From contig JBAZVI010000003.1 of assembly GCA_041660925.1 (NCBI GenBank), positions 93,832-157,831 on the forward strand: a stretch of DNA of 64,000 bases, read 5' to 3'. The notes beneath the pieces were generated by a model that made no database searches, was not told the DNA's origin, and saw nothing but the letters and a program-made list of their open reading frames with translations. Of this stretch, positions 63,974 to 64,000 are shown piece by piece. The position numbers and the translations under genes were made by a program. Numbering within the stretch: the first letter of the stretch is position 1; each line of letters starts with the position of its first letter. This stretch comes from Elusimicrobiota bacterium (lineage in GTDB: Bacteria > Elusimicrobiota > Elusimicrobia > UBA1565).

Positions 63974-64000
63974 GACTTCCCTCCCTCGAGCTCCCGCAGG
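63970..64000 (-). CDS. 3' end of upstream gene, probably transketolase N-terminal subunit; partial, runs off the window
   Basis: Open frame ending in TGA overlapping the tktB ATG (ATGA). Only about 10 codons are visible. Confidence 0.3.
   Translation of the reverse strand, partial: LRELEGGKS

Overview
This 64 kb window is a very GC-rich (~70%) bacterial chromosomal segment, densely packed with genes that often overlap by ATGA/GTGA. I found no transposase, integrase or CRISPR array. I identified about 55 protein genes and one tRNA-Gly(CCC). Housekeeping content includes pgi, folE, pepA, aqpZ, a peroxiredoxin and mrp. A def-fmt-(PASTA protein)-rpe block, rpsP-KH-trmD-rplS-rnhB-yraN, glk, cca, dtd, udk, dacB, rpiB and a split transketolase are also present. 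Envelope and polysaccharide functions are prominent: a Wza/Wzc exporter pair, a GT2 glycosyltransferase, OMP beta-barrels and a SpoIID/LytB protein. The window also holds a very large secreted LamG/FN3 protein ending in a type-IX-secretion-style C-terminal sorting domain, with a PorV-like beta-barrel gene immediately downstream and a second PorV-like paralog elsewhere. Together with the GC content this points to a Fibrobacteres-Chlorobi-Bacteroidetes-related lineage, for example Gemmatimonadota or a candidate phylum. That placement is inference. The most striking system is an operon at 36.5-47.8 kb encoding a 2933-aa PfaA-like iterative type I PKS / PUFA-synthase-like megasynthase. Its architecture is unusual: KS-AT-KS'-4xACP-KR-DH. 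All four tandem ACPs carry Thr where the phosphopantetheinyl Ser normally sits. The megasynthase is translationally coupled to an Sfp-type PPTase and followed by an acyl-CoA carboxyltransferase beta subunit. Other notable observations follow. A GC-rich palindromic repeat family is embedded in-frame in linker regions of the PKS and two unrelated proteins. A ~110-nt element present twice shows compensatory stem changes and may be a structured RNA. Two genes look like fusions: KdsC-Wza and HemD-SuhB. A compositionally atypical M48 peptidase islet lies next to the tRNA. An AT-rich divergent promoter carries 13-nt direct repeats.
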